Shown in pieces: positions 1-10,180 of a stretch of 64,000 bases of DNA. The stretch comes from an uncultured Desulfatitalea sp. (GTDB lineage Bacteria; Desulfobacterota; Desulfobacteria; Desulfobacterales; Desulfosarcinaceae), in NCBI GenBank assembly GCA_963668675.2, contig CAXXMB010000002.1, forward strand, positions 2,688,001-2,752,000, written 5' to 3'. Numbering within the stretch: position 1 is the stretch's first letter; each line of letters opens with the position of its first letter. A program made the translations under genes and the position numbers. A model generated the notes under the pieces. It ran no database searches and had not been told where the DNA came from. It saw nothing but the letters and a program-made list of their open reading frames with translations.

Positions 1-31
1 GGATAAATTGGGTCTGAAGATGAATCGGATG

Positions 32-517
32 TTATGACTGCAGTCCGAGCGCTTTGCTGCACACACGCCAACGACCGTTCTCCTTGACCAGATCGATGGT
101 CGTATCGACCGGGTAGTCGTCCCCGAGTTGAAAGAGCTTGCCGACGACCATGAAGGCTGGATTGATGGCGACGCGGGTGGTGCCGGTCAGGTGCACGCTG
201 GCCGAGTCGTTGCTGAGTTCGACGGTTTTGACATGGATGTGGGTGAACATGTGTCGGAGATAGCTGACGTCGAAGCCTCTCTGGGCGGCTTCGTCGGTTT
301 TGCTGTTCAGAAACGCCTGGACGGCCTCGCTGCTGTCACCCTCGCTGGAGCAGAGCCACTTTTGCATGTCCGCATCCAGGTAGTAGTAGTCCTTGGCAAA
401 CGCCTTGGCGACGGTTGCCGGTCCCTGCTGGCAATCCAGTCCGATCAGCGCAGCCTGAAGAACGACAAACAGGGCGATCAAAACGACGAAGGGGGCAAAG
501 CGGTTCAGCGAATCCAT
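32..517 (-). CDS. Hypothetical membrane-anchored/exported protein (possibly NTF2-like)
   Basis: Start moved to the ATG at 517 (GGAGGT RBS upstream); N-terminal hydrophobic helix; C-terminal LVKENGRWRV. Confidence 0.7.
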   Translation of the reverse strand: MDSLNRFAPFVVLIALFVVLQAALIGLDCQQGPATVAKAFAKDYYYLDADMQKWLCSSEGDSSEAVQAFLNSKTDEAAQRGFDVSYLRHMFTHIHVKTVELSNDSASVHLTGTTRVAINPAFMVVGKLFQLGDDYPVDTTIDLVKENGRWRVCSKALGLQS

Positions 518-746
518 GGTATCAACCTCCTTATGGCGATGCGTTTGGCCATTTTCGGCATCGGTTGGAGCAACATAATCGGAGTGTGCATAACATGTCC
601 GAGAGGGCATGACAAGGGATTTGGGCGGTCGGACAAGGCCGTGCTCAAGTTGACCCCCCTTGGAGAATCGGCTATCTTGAAATTATAGCTTCATCGACTT
701 GCCCATGAAAAACGCTTCTCGTCATTTGCCCCCTGAAGGAAATGCC

Positions 747-3017
747 ATGGCACCCTTTCTCAGAAGATTGCGCAACAGCCTGATCACCAAACTGCTGCTC
801 AGTGTCGGAGCCATCGTGCTGGTGTGCCTTTGCGTCTGGGGGTTTTATAACAATCGCTATTTGAAACACAAGGTGATGGATGACCTGACCACGAACATGG
901 ACCGTTTGAGCAATACCATCCGTTTGGGCACCCACTATGCCATGATGCTCAACTCCCGCGATGACATCAAGCAGATCATCAACAACGTCGCCCGGCAGAA
1001 CGACATTGAGAATATCCGCATCTACAACAAGGATGGCGAAATCAAATATTCCAATCGTCCCGAGGAGGTGGACCAGCAGACCAATATTAAGGCGGAGGCG
1101 TGTTATATCTGCCACAAAATCGAACCGCCGGTGGTCTCCGTTCCGCTGGCCGAACGGGTGCGCATCATTCGATCGGATAGCGGATACCGGATGATGGGGA
1201 TCATCAGCCCGGTCTACAACGAGCAGGGCTGCGCCACCGATGAGTGCCATGTTCACCCGGTGGACAAGCAGGTGCTCGGAGCGCTGGATCTGGTCGTCTC
1301 GCTTAAGGAGGCGGACCAGGAGATCAATGTATATCAGCGCAATCTGATCCTGTTGGCGGTGGGATTGTTCCTGGGCACCGCTTCGATGATCGTCATCATC
1401 ATCTTCCGGTTCGTTACGGTACCGGTCAAACGCCTGATCAAGGGGGCTCGAAATATAGAGGGTGGAGATTACGGTACCTCCGTGCAGATCAGCCAGAAAG
1501 ATGAGATGCAGGAGTTGGCCCAGGCCATCAATCAGATGGGGCGATCCATCGGTGAAAAGACCCGGGCACTCAACCGGCAGCGCGACGAATACCAGAATCT
1601 TTTCGGAACCGTGCCGTGTATCATCACCGTACAGGATCACGATTACCGTATCATCGAGTACAACCGTGAATTTGCCGATAATTTTCATCCGCAGCCGGGC
1701 GCATTCTGCTACCAGGCCTATAAAGGTCGGGACCGAAAATGCATCGTCTGCCCGGTAGAAAAGACTTTTGAGGACGGGCTGTCGCACTACAGCGAGGAGT
1801 CGGCCGTCGATAAGGACGGCACGGTGAGGCATTGGATCGTGCGCACCACCCCGATCAAGGATGCCGAGGGAAACATCGTCGCCGCCATGGAGATGAATCT
1901 CGATATATCCGAGCGCAAGCAGTTGGAAGAGAAACTGGCCCACTCGGAGAAGAAGTATCACGCGATTTTCAACAACATTCCAAATCCGGTATTCGTTCTG
2001 GAGCCGTTCAAGCTGCTGATCCTGGACTGCAACGAAAGCGTGACTGGGGTTTACGGGTATCAGCGTCAAGAGATGGTGGGCAGGTCATTTCTGGATCTTT
2101 TCTGGGACCGTCCCGGTTCGGTTGAAGTGGCCGGGTTGAAGCCGGCAACCGTTATCGAGCGGGCCAAGCACCGCAGCAAGGAGGGCCAACTGCGCTATGT
2201 CACCATCCGGGTGTCGCCCTCCGAGTATGGCGGGTTGAGGGTTCTCCTGGTCACCATCAGCGATATCACGGCGAGGTTGGAGGCCGAGCAGCAATTGATC
2301 CAGGCCAGCAAAATGGCCACGCTGGGCGAGATGGCCACCGGTGTGGCCCATGAGTTGAACCAGCCGCTCTCGGTCATCAAGACCGCCAGCAATTTTTTCA
2401 TGCGCAAGCTGCGCGGCAAGGAGCCGATTGCAGAGGATATTCTCTTCACGATGTCCGAAGAGATTGACAGCCATGTGCAGCGGGCCACCAAGATCATCAA
2501 CCACATGCGCCAATTCGGCCGCAAGACCGACCCTAATCTGGAACGGGTGCAGGTCAACGATGTTCTGAGCCAGGCTTTCGATATCTTCAGCCAACAGCTC
2601 AAGGTGCGAGGCATCGAGGTGGTCTGGGATATCACTCCGGATCTGCCTCTGGTGATGGGGGATCCGGGACGACTGGAGCAGGTGATCATCAACTTGCTGA
2701 TCAATGCCCGCGATGCCATCGAAGCGCGCAGCGCCGGTTCTCCCGCGAAGGCGTTGTCCCACATGATCAAGTTGGCAACAGCCCAAAAGGATGGCAAAGT
2801 GGTGATCTCTGTCTGCGACACGGGTACCGGCATCAGCGAGGAGATGGCCGAGCGCATTTTCGAGCCCTTCTTTACGACCAAAAAAGTCGGCCAGGGTACC
2901 GGCCTGGGTCTCTCTATCAGCTACGGCATCATCAAGGAGTGCAGCGGCGAAATATACGTCCGGCCCAATCCGGAGGGAGGCGCCTGTTTCTTCATCGAGT
3001 TTCCTGTTCCGGAGTAG
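747..3017 (+). CDS. Membrane sensor histidine kinase (periplasmic heme-motif domain, HAMP, 2 PAS, HisKA, HATPase)
   Basis: Two TM helices flank CYICH and CATDECH; H-box VAHELNQPL; PFFTTK, GTGLGL. Confidence 0.9.
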   Translation: MAPFLRRLRNSLITKLLLSVGAIVLVCLCVWGFYNNRYLKHKVMDDLTTNMDRLSNTIRLGTHYAMMLNSRDDIKQIINNVARQNDIENIRIYNKDGEIKYSNRPEEVDQQTNIKAEACYICHKIEPPVVSVPLAERVRIIRSDSGYRMMGIISPVYNEQGCATDECHVHPVDKQVLGALDLVVSLKEADQEINVYQRNLILLAVGLFLGTASMIVIIIFRFVTVPVKRLIKGARNIEGGDYGTSVQISQKDEMQELAQAINQMGRSIGEKTRALNRQRDEYQNLFGTVPCIITVQDHDYRIIEYNREFADNFHPQPGAFCYQAYKGRDRKCIVCPVEKTFEDGLSHYSEESAVDKDGTVRHWIVRTTPIKDAEGNIVAAMEMNLDISERKQLEEKLAHSEKKYHAIFNNIPNPVFVLEPFKLLILDCNESVTGVYGYQRQEMVGRSFLDLFWDRPGSVEVAGLKPATVIERAKHRSKEGQLRYVTIRVSPSEYGGLRVLLVTISDITARLEAEQQLIQASKMATLGEMATGVAHELNQPLSVIKTASNFFMRKLRGKEPIAEDILFTMSEEIDSHVQRATKIINHMRQFGRKTDPNLERVQVNDVLSQAFDIFSQQLKVRGIEVVWDITPDLPLVMGDPGRLEQVIINLLINARDAIEARSAGSPAKALSHMIKLATAQKDGKVVISVCDTGTGISEEMAERIFEPFFTTKKVGQGTGLGLSISYGIIKECSGEIYVRPNPEGGACFFIEFPVPE

Positions 3018-3079
3018 GTGCATCGATTCGAGGACTTGGCTCCGGCAACAAAAGCAGTGACAACATCTCGGAAAATACA

Positions 3080-4219
3080 ATGACGATCGACATTCTGCTT
3101 GTAGATGATGAACAGGGTATTCGCAAAGTGCTCGGCATTGCGCTGGCCGATCGGGGTTTTCGTGTCCATACGGCCGCCGATGCCCAGGAGGCCCTCTCCC
3201 TGTTCGATCGGCTGGCGCCATCGATTGTGCTGACCGACATCAAAATGCCCGGCATGGACGGCATCGACCTGCTTCGGGAGCTCAAACGCCGCAATCCCGA
3301 AACCGAGGTGATCATGATCACCGGGCACGGGGACATGGACCTGGCCATTCGGAGCCTCAAGCACGAGGCGACCGATTACATCGCCAAACCGATCGATGAT
3401 GACATTCTCGATGTGGCGCTGAGGAGGGCCCGGGAGCGCATTGCCCTCAGGGCTCAGTTGCGGGACTATACAGAGAATCTCGAACGCTTGGTAGAGGAGA
3501 AGAGCCGACAGTTGATCCAGGCCGAACGGCTGGCTGCCATGGGTGAGACTGTGGCTGGCTTGGCCCACGCCATCAAGAATATCACCGGGGGCCTCAAAGG
3601 AGGCGCGTTTGTGGTTGAAAAGGGGTTTGAGCTGGAGAATCGGGAGTACCTCAAGCAGGGCTGGCGTATGCTCCGCGACAATGTGGCCCGTGTCGAACAA
3701 CTTAGTCTGGATCTGCTCGATATCGCCAAGCCCGGCGCCCTGACGTTTGAGCCAACCGATCCCTGCATTCCACTGCGTGCGGTATATGACCTGATGCGAC
3801 CCCAGGCCGAAATGTTCGACGTCCGCTTGACCCTTCGATGTGGAGAAGGCTTGGTGCCGATTCCAATGGCGCCGGAGGCGATCAACCGCTGCCTGCTCAA
3901 TTTGGTGACCAACGCCCTGGATGCTTGCAAAGAGAACCTGGGAAAGTGCACTGAGCCTTCGGTTGCAATGGCCGTCGCTGTCTGTGAAGATGGTGTGCGC
4001 TACCGAATTCAAGATAACTGCGGCGGCATGGATGCGACGGTCGAGTCGCGATTGTTCAACGGTTTTTTCACCACCAAGGGGAGCCGCGGCACCGGCATCG
4101 GCCTGATGCTCACCCGCAAAATTGTGGATAGCCACCGGGGAAAGATCCGAGTTCTCTCTGAAAAGGGCCGCGGCAGCACCTTCGAAATCCGCCTTCCATC
4201 CGTCCAACCCTCCTCATAA
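3080..4219 (+). CDS. Cytoplasmic hybrid REC-histidine kinase
   Basis: ILLVDDE...TDIKMPGMDG; H-box GLAHAIKN; FFTTKG, GTGIGL. Confidence 0.9.
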   Translation: MTIDILLVDDEQGIRKVLGIALADRGFRVHTAADAQEALSLFDRLAPSIVLTDIKMPGMDGIDLLRELKRRNPETEVIMITGHGDMDLAIRSLKHEATDYIAKPIDDDILDVALRRARERIALRAQLRDYTENLERLVEEKSRQLIQAERLAAMGETVAGLAHAIKNITGGLKGGAFVVEKGFELENREYLKQGWRMLRDNVARVEQLSLDLLDIAKPGALTFEPTDPCIPLRAVYDLMRPQAEMFDVRLTLRCGEGLVPIPMAPEAINRCLLNLVTNALDACKENLGKCTEPSVAMAVAVCEDGVRYRIQDNCGGMDATVESRLFNGFFTTKGSRGTGIGLMLTRKIVDSHRGKIRVLSEKGRGSTFEIRLPSVQPSS

Positions 4220-4346
4220 TCGCTGTGGCCAAGCTCTCTTTTACCTCCTAATGCTCTGAAATAAAATGAATATGTTGCCTTCGTATCCTTTGGGGCGACA
4301 GAATCGACAATTTTGATTCATTCGAATAATATCGTTCAGAAAAAAC

Positions 4347-4376
4347 TTGACGCTTCAGCATTAACCTCACTATATA
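4347..4376 (+). promoter_or_regulatory. Putative sigma-70 promoter of the rrf2-hmc operon
   Basis: TTGACG-N18-TATATA in an AT-rich intergenic region. Confidence 0.4.
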
Positions 4377-4523
4377 AGTCAAGAAACAGAAACAGCTAAC
4401 ATCTGTTCGTCGAGCAGCTGGATTCAGCCACCTGATCGAATTGCCGGTACCGCAGCAAAGTGGCGTCGTCGATCCAAGCGGGTGGCCGATGCAGGCGGAC
4501 GCAACGCCGAAAGTGGCGATGAT

Positions 4524-4973
4524 ATGCTAACTCCGACCAAAAAAGGCCAATACGCCTTGCGTGCCGTCTATGAACTGGCGAAGCATCAAGGCCGGGGGCC
4601 GACCAAGATATCAGCCATTGCCGATGCCCAAGCCATACCCCACCGATTTCTGGAAGTTATTCTCCACCAGCTTAAAGGCAGCGGCTTGGTTGCCTCCAAA
4701 AGAGGCTTTTACGGCGGTTACCTGTTGACCCGGCCCCCTGATAACATCACCGTTGGTGAGATTCTCAGGTATGTTCACAAGGAGATGGCCGCGGCAGAGT
4801 GCGTGGCCTGCATCTCGGTGAAGAGCTGCCCGTTTGAAGGAAAGTGCGCCTTTTCCGCATTGTGGCAGCGGGCCAAAACCGCTGTATTTAAGGTTTATGA
4901 TGACACCACCTTGCAAGATCTGCTCGACGACAACGACGCGGTCAAGGTGTTGGATCCCCGGTGCGTCGCCTGA
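4524..4973 (+). CDS. rrf2: Rrf2 family transcriptional regulator, Cys-rich (probable Fe-S)
   Basis: YALRA...IA..Q.IP..FLE.IL..L...GLV.S.RG..GGY.L; four clustered Cys (CVAC-X5-C-X5-C). Confidence 0.85.
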   Translation: MLTPTKKGQYALRAVYELAKHQGRGPTKISAIADAQAIPHRFLEVILHQLKGSGLVASKRGFYGGYLLTRPPDNITVGEILRYVHKEMAAAECVACISVKSCPFEGKCAFSALWQRAKTAVFKVYDDTTLQDLLDDNDAVKVLDPRCVA

Positions 4974-4999
4974 ACGCACCCCTGTGCCAAGGAGTGTCT

Positions 5000-6625
5000 A
5001 TGCAAGGATTCACGAAGATGGGCAAAGGTTTAAATCGACACATCAACAAGCTGTTCCTGCTGTCCGGATTGCTTCTGTTGACCGCGCTGCTGGTCTCGTT
5101 GGCCATTGCCATGCAGGAGCAGCCGGGGCTGGATTCGGGGCGGGCCGACATCGTCACCATCGACGGGCTGAAAGCGTTCGGCCCCCTGGAGCGCCCCCCC
5201 GTCATCTTCCTTCATGACAAGCACACCGAGGCGCTGGCCAAGGAGAAGAAGGATTGCCTCGCCTGTCATCTAAAAGGTGAAAAGTATCTCTCGCTCAAAT
5301 ACCAGCGTACCGAGGACACGGACAAGCAGGCCGTCATGGACACCTATCACGAAGGGTGCATCGCCTGCCATACGGAGTATCGCAAACAGGACAAACCCTC
5401 CGGTCCGGTCACCTGCGGTGAGTGCCATGTCCAGGATAAGGCGGTGGAAAATATCCGTGCCGCCATCGGACTGGACAAGTCGCTGCACTACCGGCATGCC
5501 AAAGCCAATGAGAACAAGTGTGAGCGTTGTCATCACGCATACAATCCCGAAACCAAAAAACTCTTTTATGACAAAGGCAAAGAGGGCGCTTGCCTGTACT
5601 GCCACAAGGAGAAAACAGAGGAGAACCGCATCGCTTTTCGGCAGGCGGCTCATATGGACTGCCTGGGTTGCCACCGGGATCTGACGGCAAAGAAGAAGGA
5701 TGCGGGACCAATCGTATGCGCCGGCTGCCACGATCCCAAAGAGCAGGCCTACATTGCCAAGGTGGAGGAGATTCCCCGGTTGGAGCGCAACCAGCCGGAT
5801 ATCACCCTGGTAAAGAGCCACAGAAAAGATGCGGCTGAAAAGGACCCCAAACCGCGCATGGCTGTGGTCCCGTTCGACCACCGCAAGCATGAAGGCTTTG
5901 CCCAGTATTGCCGCACCTGTCACCACGCCGAACTCACCTCCTGTGCCAGTTGCCATCCGATTCAGGGGCATGCGGATGGAAAGATGGTCAAGCTGGCCCA
6001 GGCCATGCACCAGCAGGATGCGCAGATGAGCTGTATCGGCTGCCACAAAGAGCAGCAATTGCGGCCCGAGTGTGCCGGTTGCCACGCCAGCATGCCGGCC
6101 GAAAAGGTTTGGGCCAGTGAGGTGGCCTGTAAGGTTTGCCATATGCCCCAGGAAACACCGGTAACGCGACCTGAGGACGAAACACTGGCCAGGGAGATGG
6201 CCGCACCGCTGATCGAAGCGCGCCGCCAGGTGCCGGCGGCGGTGTCGATCGAGGAGATCCCTGAAGTCGTGACCATCGACCATTTGATGGATGCCTACGA
6301 GGCGGTAAAGATGCCCCACCGCCAGATCGTGATGAAACTGGCCCAAATGGTGAAAGACGATGGCTTGGCCCGTTCGTTTCACACCGAGCCGACCACCCTC
6401 TGCCAGGGGTGCCATCACAACAGCCCGGCTTCGCTCAAGCCGCCGCAGTGCGGCGCCTGCCATGGCAGGACTTCGGACGCACTGAACATCACCCGGCCCG
6501 GATTGATGGCGGCCTACCACGAACAGTGCATGCTGTGTCACGAAAAGATGGAGATCGGCAAGCCGGCCAAGCGCGATTGCGCGGCCTGCCATGCCAAGCG
6601 CACATCATCTCAGCGCAACAATTGA
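5000..6625 (+). CDS. hmcA: High-molecular-mass 16-heme cytochrome c
   Basis: 16 CxxCH motifs counted; signal peptide; AAGGAG RBS; c3-type modules. Confidence 0.95.
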   Translation: MQGFTKMGKGLNRHINKLFLLSGLLLLTALLVSLAIAMQEQPGLDSGRADIVTIDGLKAFGPLERPPVIFLHDKHTEALAKEKKDCLACHLKGEKYLSLKYQRTEDTDKQAVMDTYHEGCIACHTEYRKQDKPSGPVTCGECHVQDKAVENIRAAIGLDKSLHYRHAKANENKCERCHHAYNPETKKLFYDKGKEGACLYCHKEKTEENRIAFRQAAHMDCLGCHRDLTAKKKDAGPIVCAGCHDPKEQAYIAKVEEIPRLERNQPDITLVKSHRKDAAEKDPKPRMAVVPFDHRKHEGFAQYCRTCHHAELTSCASCHPIQGHADGKMVKLAQAMHQQDAQMSCIGCHKEQQLRPECAGCHASMPAEKVWASEVACKVCHMPQETPVTRPEDETLAREMAAPLIEARRQVPAAVSIEEIPEVVTIDHLMDAYEAVKMPHRQIVMKLAQMVKDDGLARSFHTEPTTLCQGCHHNSPASLKPPQCGACHGRTSDALNITRPGLMAAYHEQCMLCHEKMEIGKPAKRDCAACHAKRTSSQRNN

Positions 6626-6635
6626 GGGAATACGC

Positions 6636-7718
6636 ATGTCGATTTCACGCAGAAAATTTTTGGGTTGGATGGGCGCCGCAGGAGTGGCCGGCGCCGCGAG
6701 CCGAACGGCCAGGGCGGCCTCCAACAAAGAGTTTAAAGGCTACGACGACAGCAATGCCGTGCTGCATGACATCACCCGCTGTATCGGCTGCCGCAGGTGC
6801 GAGGCGGCCTGCAACACCGTCAACGAACTGCCGGCGCCCGATAAGCCCTTCGATGACCTGACGGTCCTTGAAATGCGGCGGCGCACCACGGCCAAGGACT
6901 ATACCATCGTCAATCGCCACTTTTCCCACCACAATGACCAGCAGCCCGCTTTTGTAAAGACGCAATGCAATCACTGCCTCGAACCGGCCTGCGCGTCGGC
7001 CTGTTTCGTCAAGGCGTTCACCAAAACGCCCGAGGGGGCCGTGATTTACAATGCCGATGTGTGCGTGGGGTGCCGCTACTGCATGGTGGCCTGCCCGTTC
7101 GATGTACCGGCATACGAGTACCACAAGGCCCTGGACCCCAAAATCATGAAGTGCACCATGTGCCATCCGCGCATCCTCGAGGGCAAACTTCCGGGCTGCG
7201 TCGAAGCGTGCCCCACCGAGGCGCTGGTGTTCGGCAAGCGCGATGAGTTGATTCGCGTGGCCAGGGACCGCATCCACACCTACCCCGAACGCTATGTGGA
7301 TCACATATATGGCGAAAAGGAGATGGGCGGGACCAGCTGGCTATACCTGTCGGCAGTGCCGTTTTCGGAATTGGGCTTGCGGGAAGATCTCGGCACCAAG
7401 GCGGCCGGCGAGTATACATCGGGCGCACTGGGCGCCGTGCCGATTGTCATCGGACTGTGGCCGGTGCTGCTCACCGGCATTTACGCCATCAACAAGCGCA
7501 AGGAGAAGATCTCCGCCGAAGAGCAGGCCGCCGCGGTAGCCAGTGCAGTGGAGCAGGCCAACAGCGAGGCCGAAGGAAGACTCAAGACGGCCCTGGAGAA
7601 GGCGGAGCAGAATCAGGCGGCGGCTGTCGAACGTGAGGTGAAGAAGGCGATGGAAGAGGCTGCTAAAGCCAACGAGAATCCGGAATCGTCCGACAGCGGT
7701 GGCGAGGACCAGGCGTAA
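6636..7718 (+). CDS. hmcB: Hmc periplasmic Fe-S subunit
   Basis: Tat signal [43 protein letters not shown]-terminal TM helix. Confidence 0.93.
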   Translation: MSISRRKFLGWMGAAGVAGAASRTARAASNKEFKGYDDSNAVLHDITRCIGCRRCEAACNTVNELPAPDKPFDDLTVLEMRRRTTAKDYTIVNRHFSHHNDQQPAFVKTQCNHCLEPACASACFVKAFTKTPEGAVIYNADVCVGCRYCMVACPFDVPAYEYHKALDPKIMKCTMCHPRILEGKLPGCVEACPTEALVFGKRDELIRVARDRIHTYPERYVDHIYGEKEMGGTSWLYLSAVPFSELGLREDLGTKAAGEYTSGALGAVPIVIGLWPVLLTGIYAINKRKEKISAEEQAAAVASAVEQANSEAEGRLKTALEKAEQNQAAAVEREVKKAMEEAAKANENPESSDSGGEDQA

Positions 7719-7836
7719 ACGATACCGGATCGATTCAGATTCGGTCGAAGCATTCAAGTGGTCGTATCACAGTGTGCGCTGCGCGCATGAACTGCCCCGA
7801 TGAGACGAGATGGTATGGGGCTTCAGGAGGCTTTTC

Positions 7837-9006
7837 ATGACCCAGGAACCAACCCCAACATCCAGCCGATACCTCACCCCCTTCAATGTGGTGGCCGGGA
7901 TCGTTGTGGTGATCGGATTGATCATCACCGTGCTCCGTTTTACCGGCGGTTTGTCCACCGTGACCAACTTGTCGGACTACAACCCATGGGGCATCTGGAT
8001 CGGATTCGATCTGCTGGTCGGTGTGGCCCTTGCCGCAGGCGGCTATGTGACGTCGGCGGCCGTCTATATCTTCGGCATGAAACGGTTTCACGCCGCCGTA
8101 CGGCCTGCCATCCTGACCGGGTTTCTGGGATATGCCCTGGTGGTCTTGGCCCTGCACTACGACGTGGGTCGCCCCTGGCGTCTGCCCTATCCCTTTCTGG
8201 TGTCGCAGGGCACCACTTCACTGCTGTTTGAAGTGGCCGCCTGTGTGGCGCTCTATCTTTCGGTTCTCTTCATCGAATTCTCTCCGGCCGCCATGGAGTG
8301 GCTGGGGCTCAAGCGAGCCCGCAGCCTGGTGGTCAAGTTGACCCTGATTCTGACCATCTTCGGTGTGATTTTATCGACCCTGCACCAGAGCTCTTTGGGG
8401 GCGCTCTTCCTCATCGCGCCGGCCAAATTGCACCCCTTGTGGTATTCGCCCTATATTCCGATCTACTTCTTCGTCACCAGCATCATCGCCGGCCTCTCGA
8501 TGGTGATCTTCGAAAGCGGCCTGTCCCATCGCTACTTCAAAGACAAAATGGACGAGGCGCATCTCTCCGGCAAGAACGATCTGATGATGGGATTCGGCAA
8601 GGCCGCCGCATGGGTTCTGGCCGGCTACTTCTTTATCAAGGTGATCGGCATCGCTGCCGACAACAATTGGCACTACCTGGCAACCGGCTACGGGGCCTGG
8701 TACCTGGTCGAACTGCTCGGATTCGTGGCATTGCCCTCTTTTATTTACGCCGTGGGCGTTCGCGAGAAGAACACCACGATTATCCGCTGGACGGCCGCCT
8801 GGACGGTCCTGGGCATCGTGATCAACCGGTTCAACATCTGCTTGGTGGCCTTCAACTGGCATTTGCCGCCCGAAGAGCGCTACTTTCCCCACTGGATGGA
8901 GATCGGCATCTCCGTGTTCATCGTCACCATCGGCGTGTTGGCCTTCCGGTTCATCGTGACGCGGATGCCGATTTTGTATTCCCATCCCGATTATGAGGCG
9001 CATTAA
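7837..9006 (+). CDS. hmcC: Hmc NrfD/HybB-family membrane subunit
   Basis: PWGIWIGFD, DVGRPWR, LSTLHQSSLG, LHPLW; AGGAGG RBS. Confidence 0.93.
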   Translation: MTQEPTPTSSRYLTPFNVVAGIVVVIGLIITVLRFTGGLSTVTNLSDYNPWGIWIGFDLLVGVALAAGGYVTSAAVYIFGMKRFHAAVRPAILTGFLGYALVVLALHYDVGRPWRLPYPFLVSQGTTSLLFEVAACVALYLSVLFIEFSPAAMEWLGLKRARSLVVKLTLILTIFGVILSTLHQSSLGALFLIAPAKLHPLWYSPYIPIYFFVTSIIAGLSMVIFESGLSHRYFKDKMDEAHLSGKNDLMMGFGKAAAWVLAGYFFIKVIGIAADNNWHYLATGYGAWYLVELLGFVALPSFIYAVGVREKNTTIIRWTAAWTVLGIVINRFNICLVAFNWHLPPEERYFPHWMEIGISVFIVTIGVLAFRFIVTRMPILYSHPDYEAH

Positions 9007-9032
9007 CAGGGGAGACACACAGGAGGCTATTC

Positions 9033-9161
9033 GTGGAAACGATTCATACGCTGCAGGAGTTCATGCTCCATACGAAAAACATCATCTATATTCTGATCGT
9101 TCTGGGCCTGCTGGCCATGCCGGCGTTTTGGCGTTTTTTGAACGGACGGGACCGGGATTAG
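9033..9161 (+). CDS. hmcD: Hmc small membrane subunit (42 aa)
   Basis: Hand-translated GTG ORF METIHTLQEFMLHTKNIIYILIVLGLLAMPAFWRFLNGRDRD; AGGAGG RBS; lies between hmcC and hmcE. Confidence 0.85.
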   Translation: METIHTLQEFMLHTKNIIYILIVLGLLAMPAFWRFLNGRDRD

Positions 9162-9276
9162 GGCCGGGTCGCAAACATGACCGGGCGACGGTGGGGATGG
9201 GATGTATCGTTTCCCATCCATGACAGTATAGAAGGAAGACCTTAGAAGGCCTGAAAAGGCGGCAGGAGCAATAAAG

Positions 9277-9954
9277 ATGTATGAGTTTGTCACAGGACCG
9301 CTGGCCATCATCGCATTCGCGGTTTTCTTCATCGGTTTGATCTGGCGATTCATCTGGTACGTCAAAGGTCTGAACTGGCAGATGGACCGTGTCAGCTACG
9401 GTGAAAATGTGAGTTACGGGGTGAAGGGTGCCATTCGATCCATTGTGCGCTGGCTGCTCCCCTTCGGCACCCACAGCTGGCGATTCTATCCGGGTTTTAC
9501 GGTGATGGTGTTTGCATTTCATCTCTGCCTGCTCATCACCCCCGTCTTTTTGCTGGGGCACAACCTGCTGCTCGAGGAGCGTTGGGGCGTCCGCCTGCCG
9601 GCCCTGCCCGAAGCGTTGGCCGATATCATGACCTTGGCCGTGATGGTGGCGGCGTTCTTTATTTTCCTGCGTCGCATGGCCTTGCCGGAAGTGCGTATCC
9701 TGACCAAGACCTATGATATCGTCCTGATTCTGATTGCGGTGGCGCCCTTCTTGACCGGATTTTTGGCTTACCATCAGTTGGGGGATTACAAATTCTGGCT
9801 GATCGCCCACATCCTGTGCGGGGAGATCATGCTGGTGGCCATACCGTTTACCAAGCTCTCCCACTTCATTCTCTTCTTTCTCTCTCGCGCTCAGATTGGA
9901 ATGGATTTCGGCATCAAGCGCGGTGGCATGAAGAGCAGCGGGATGCCGTGGTAG
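9277..9954 (+). CDS. hmcE: Hmc NarI-like cytochrome b subunit
   Basis: About 5 TM helices; His in FAFH, LLGH, IAH, TKLSH. Confidence 0.9.
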   Translation: MYEFVTGPLAIIAFAVFFIGLIWRFIWYVKGLNWQMDRVSYGENVSYGVKGAIRSIVRWLLPFGTHSWRFYPGFTVMVFAFHLCLLITPVFLLGHNLLLEERWGVRLPALPEALADIMTLAVMVAAFFIFLRRMALPEVRILTKTYDIVLILIAVAPFLTGFLAYHQLGDYKFWLIAHILCGEIMLVAIPFTKLSHFILFFLSRAQIGMDFGIKRGGMKSSGMPW

Positions 9955-10024
9955 GTTGGCGGTCGGAGGCACTCTATCTGGATGCGTCGGTTTGAGGACT
10001 TGAGTGGGTTTGAACAGATCAGTT

Positions 10025-10166
10025 GAAAGTGGAAAGTTTAAAGTATGAAAGTGAAGGAATTCTGCTATTGGAATGGTGTGGGCATGAGCCCGGATAATTC
10101 GAATCGATAGCATGCCTTCACTTTAAACTTACCCCTTAACACTTTACACTTCCGGCGAAGCCGGAA
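10025..10166. repeat. Inverted array of degenerate ~7-bp AAAGT repeats plus GC hairpin
   Basis: GAAAGTGGAAAGTTTAAAGTATGAAAGTGAAGG ... CCTTCACTTTAAACTT...ACTTTACACTTC; then TTCCGGCGAAGCCGGAA. Confidence 0.6.
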
Positions 10167-10180
10167 TTTAGGAAATTGAC

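Noticed and set aside
9082..10113. 343-aa minus-strand ORF starting in the heptamer repeat
   Set aside because: Antisense to hmcDE; its N-terminus is translated repeat sequence
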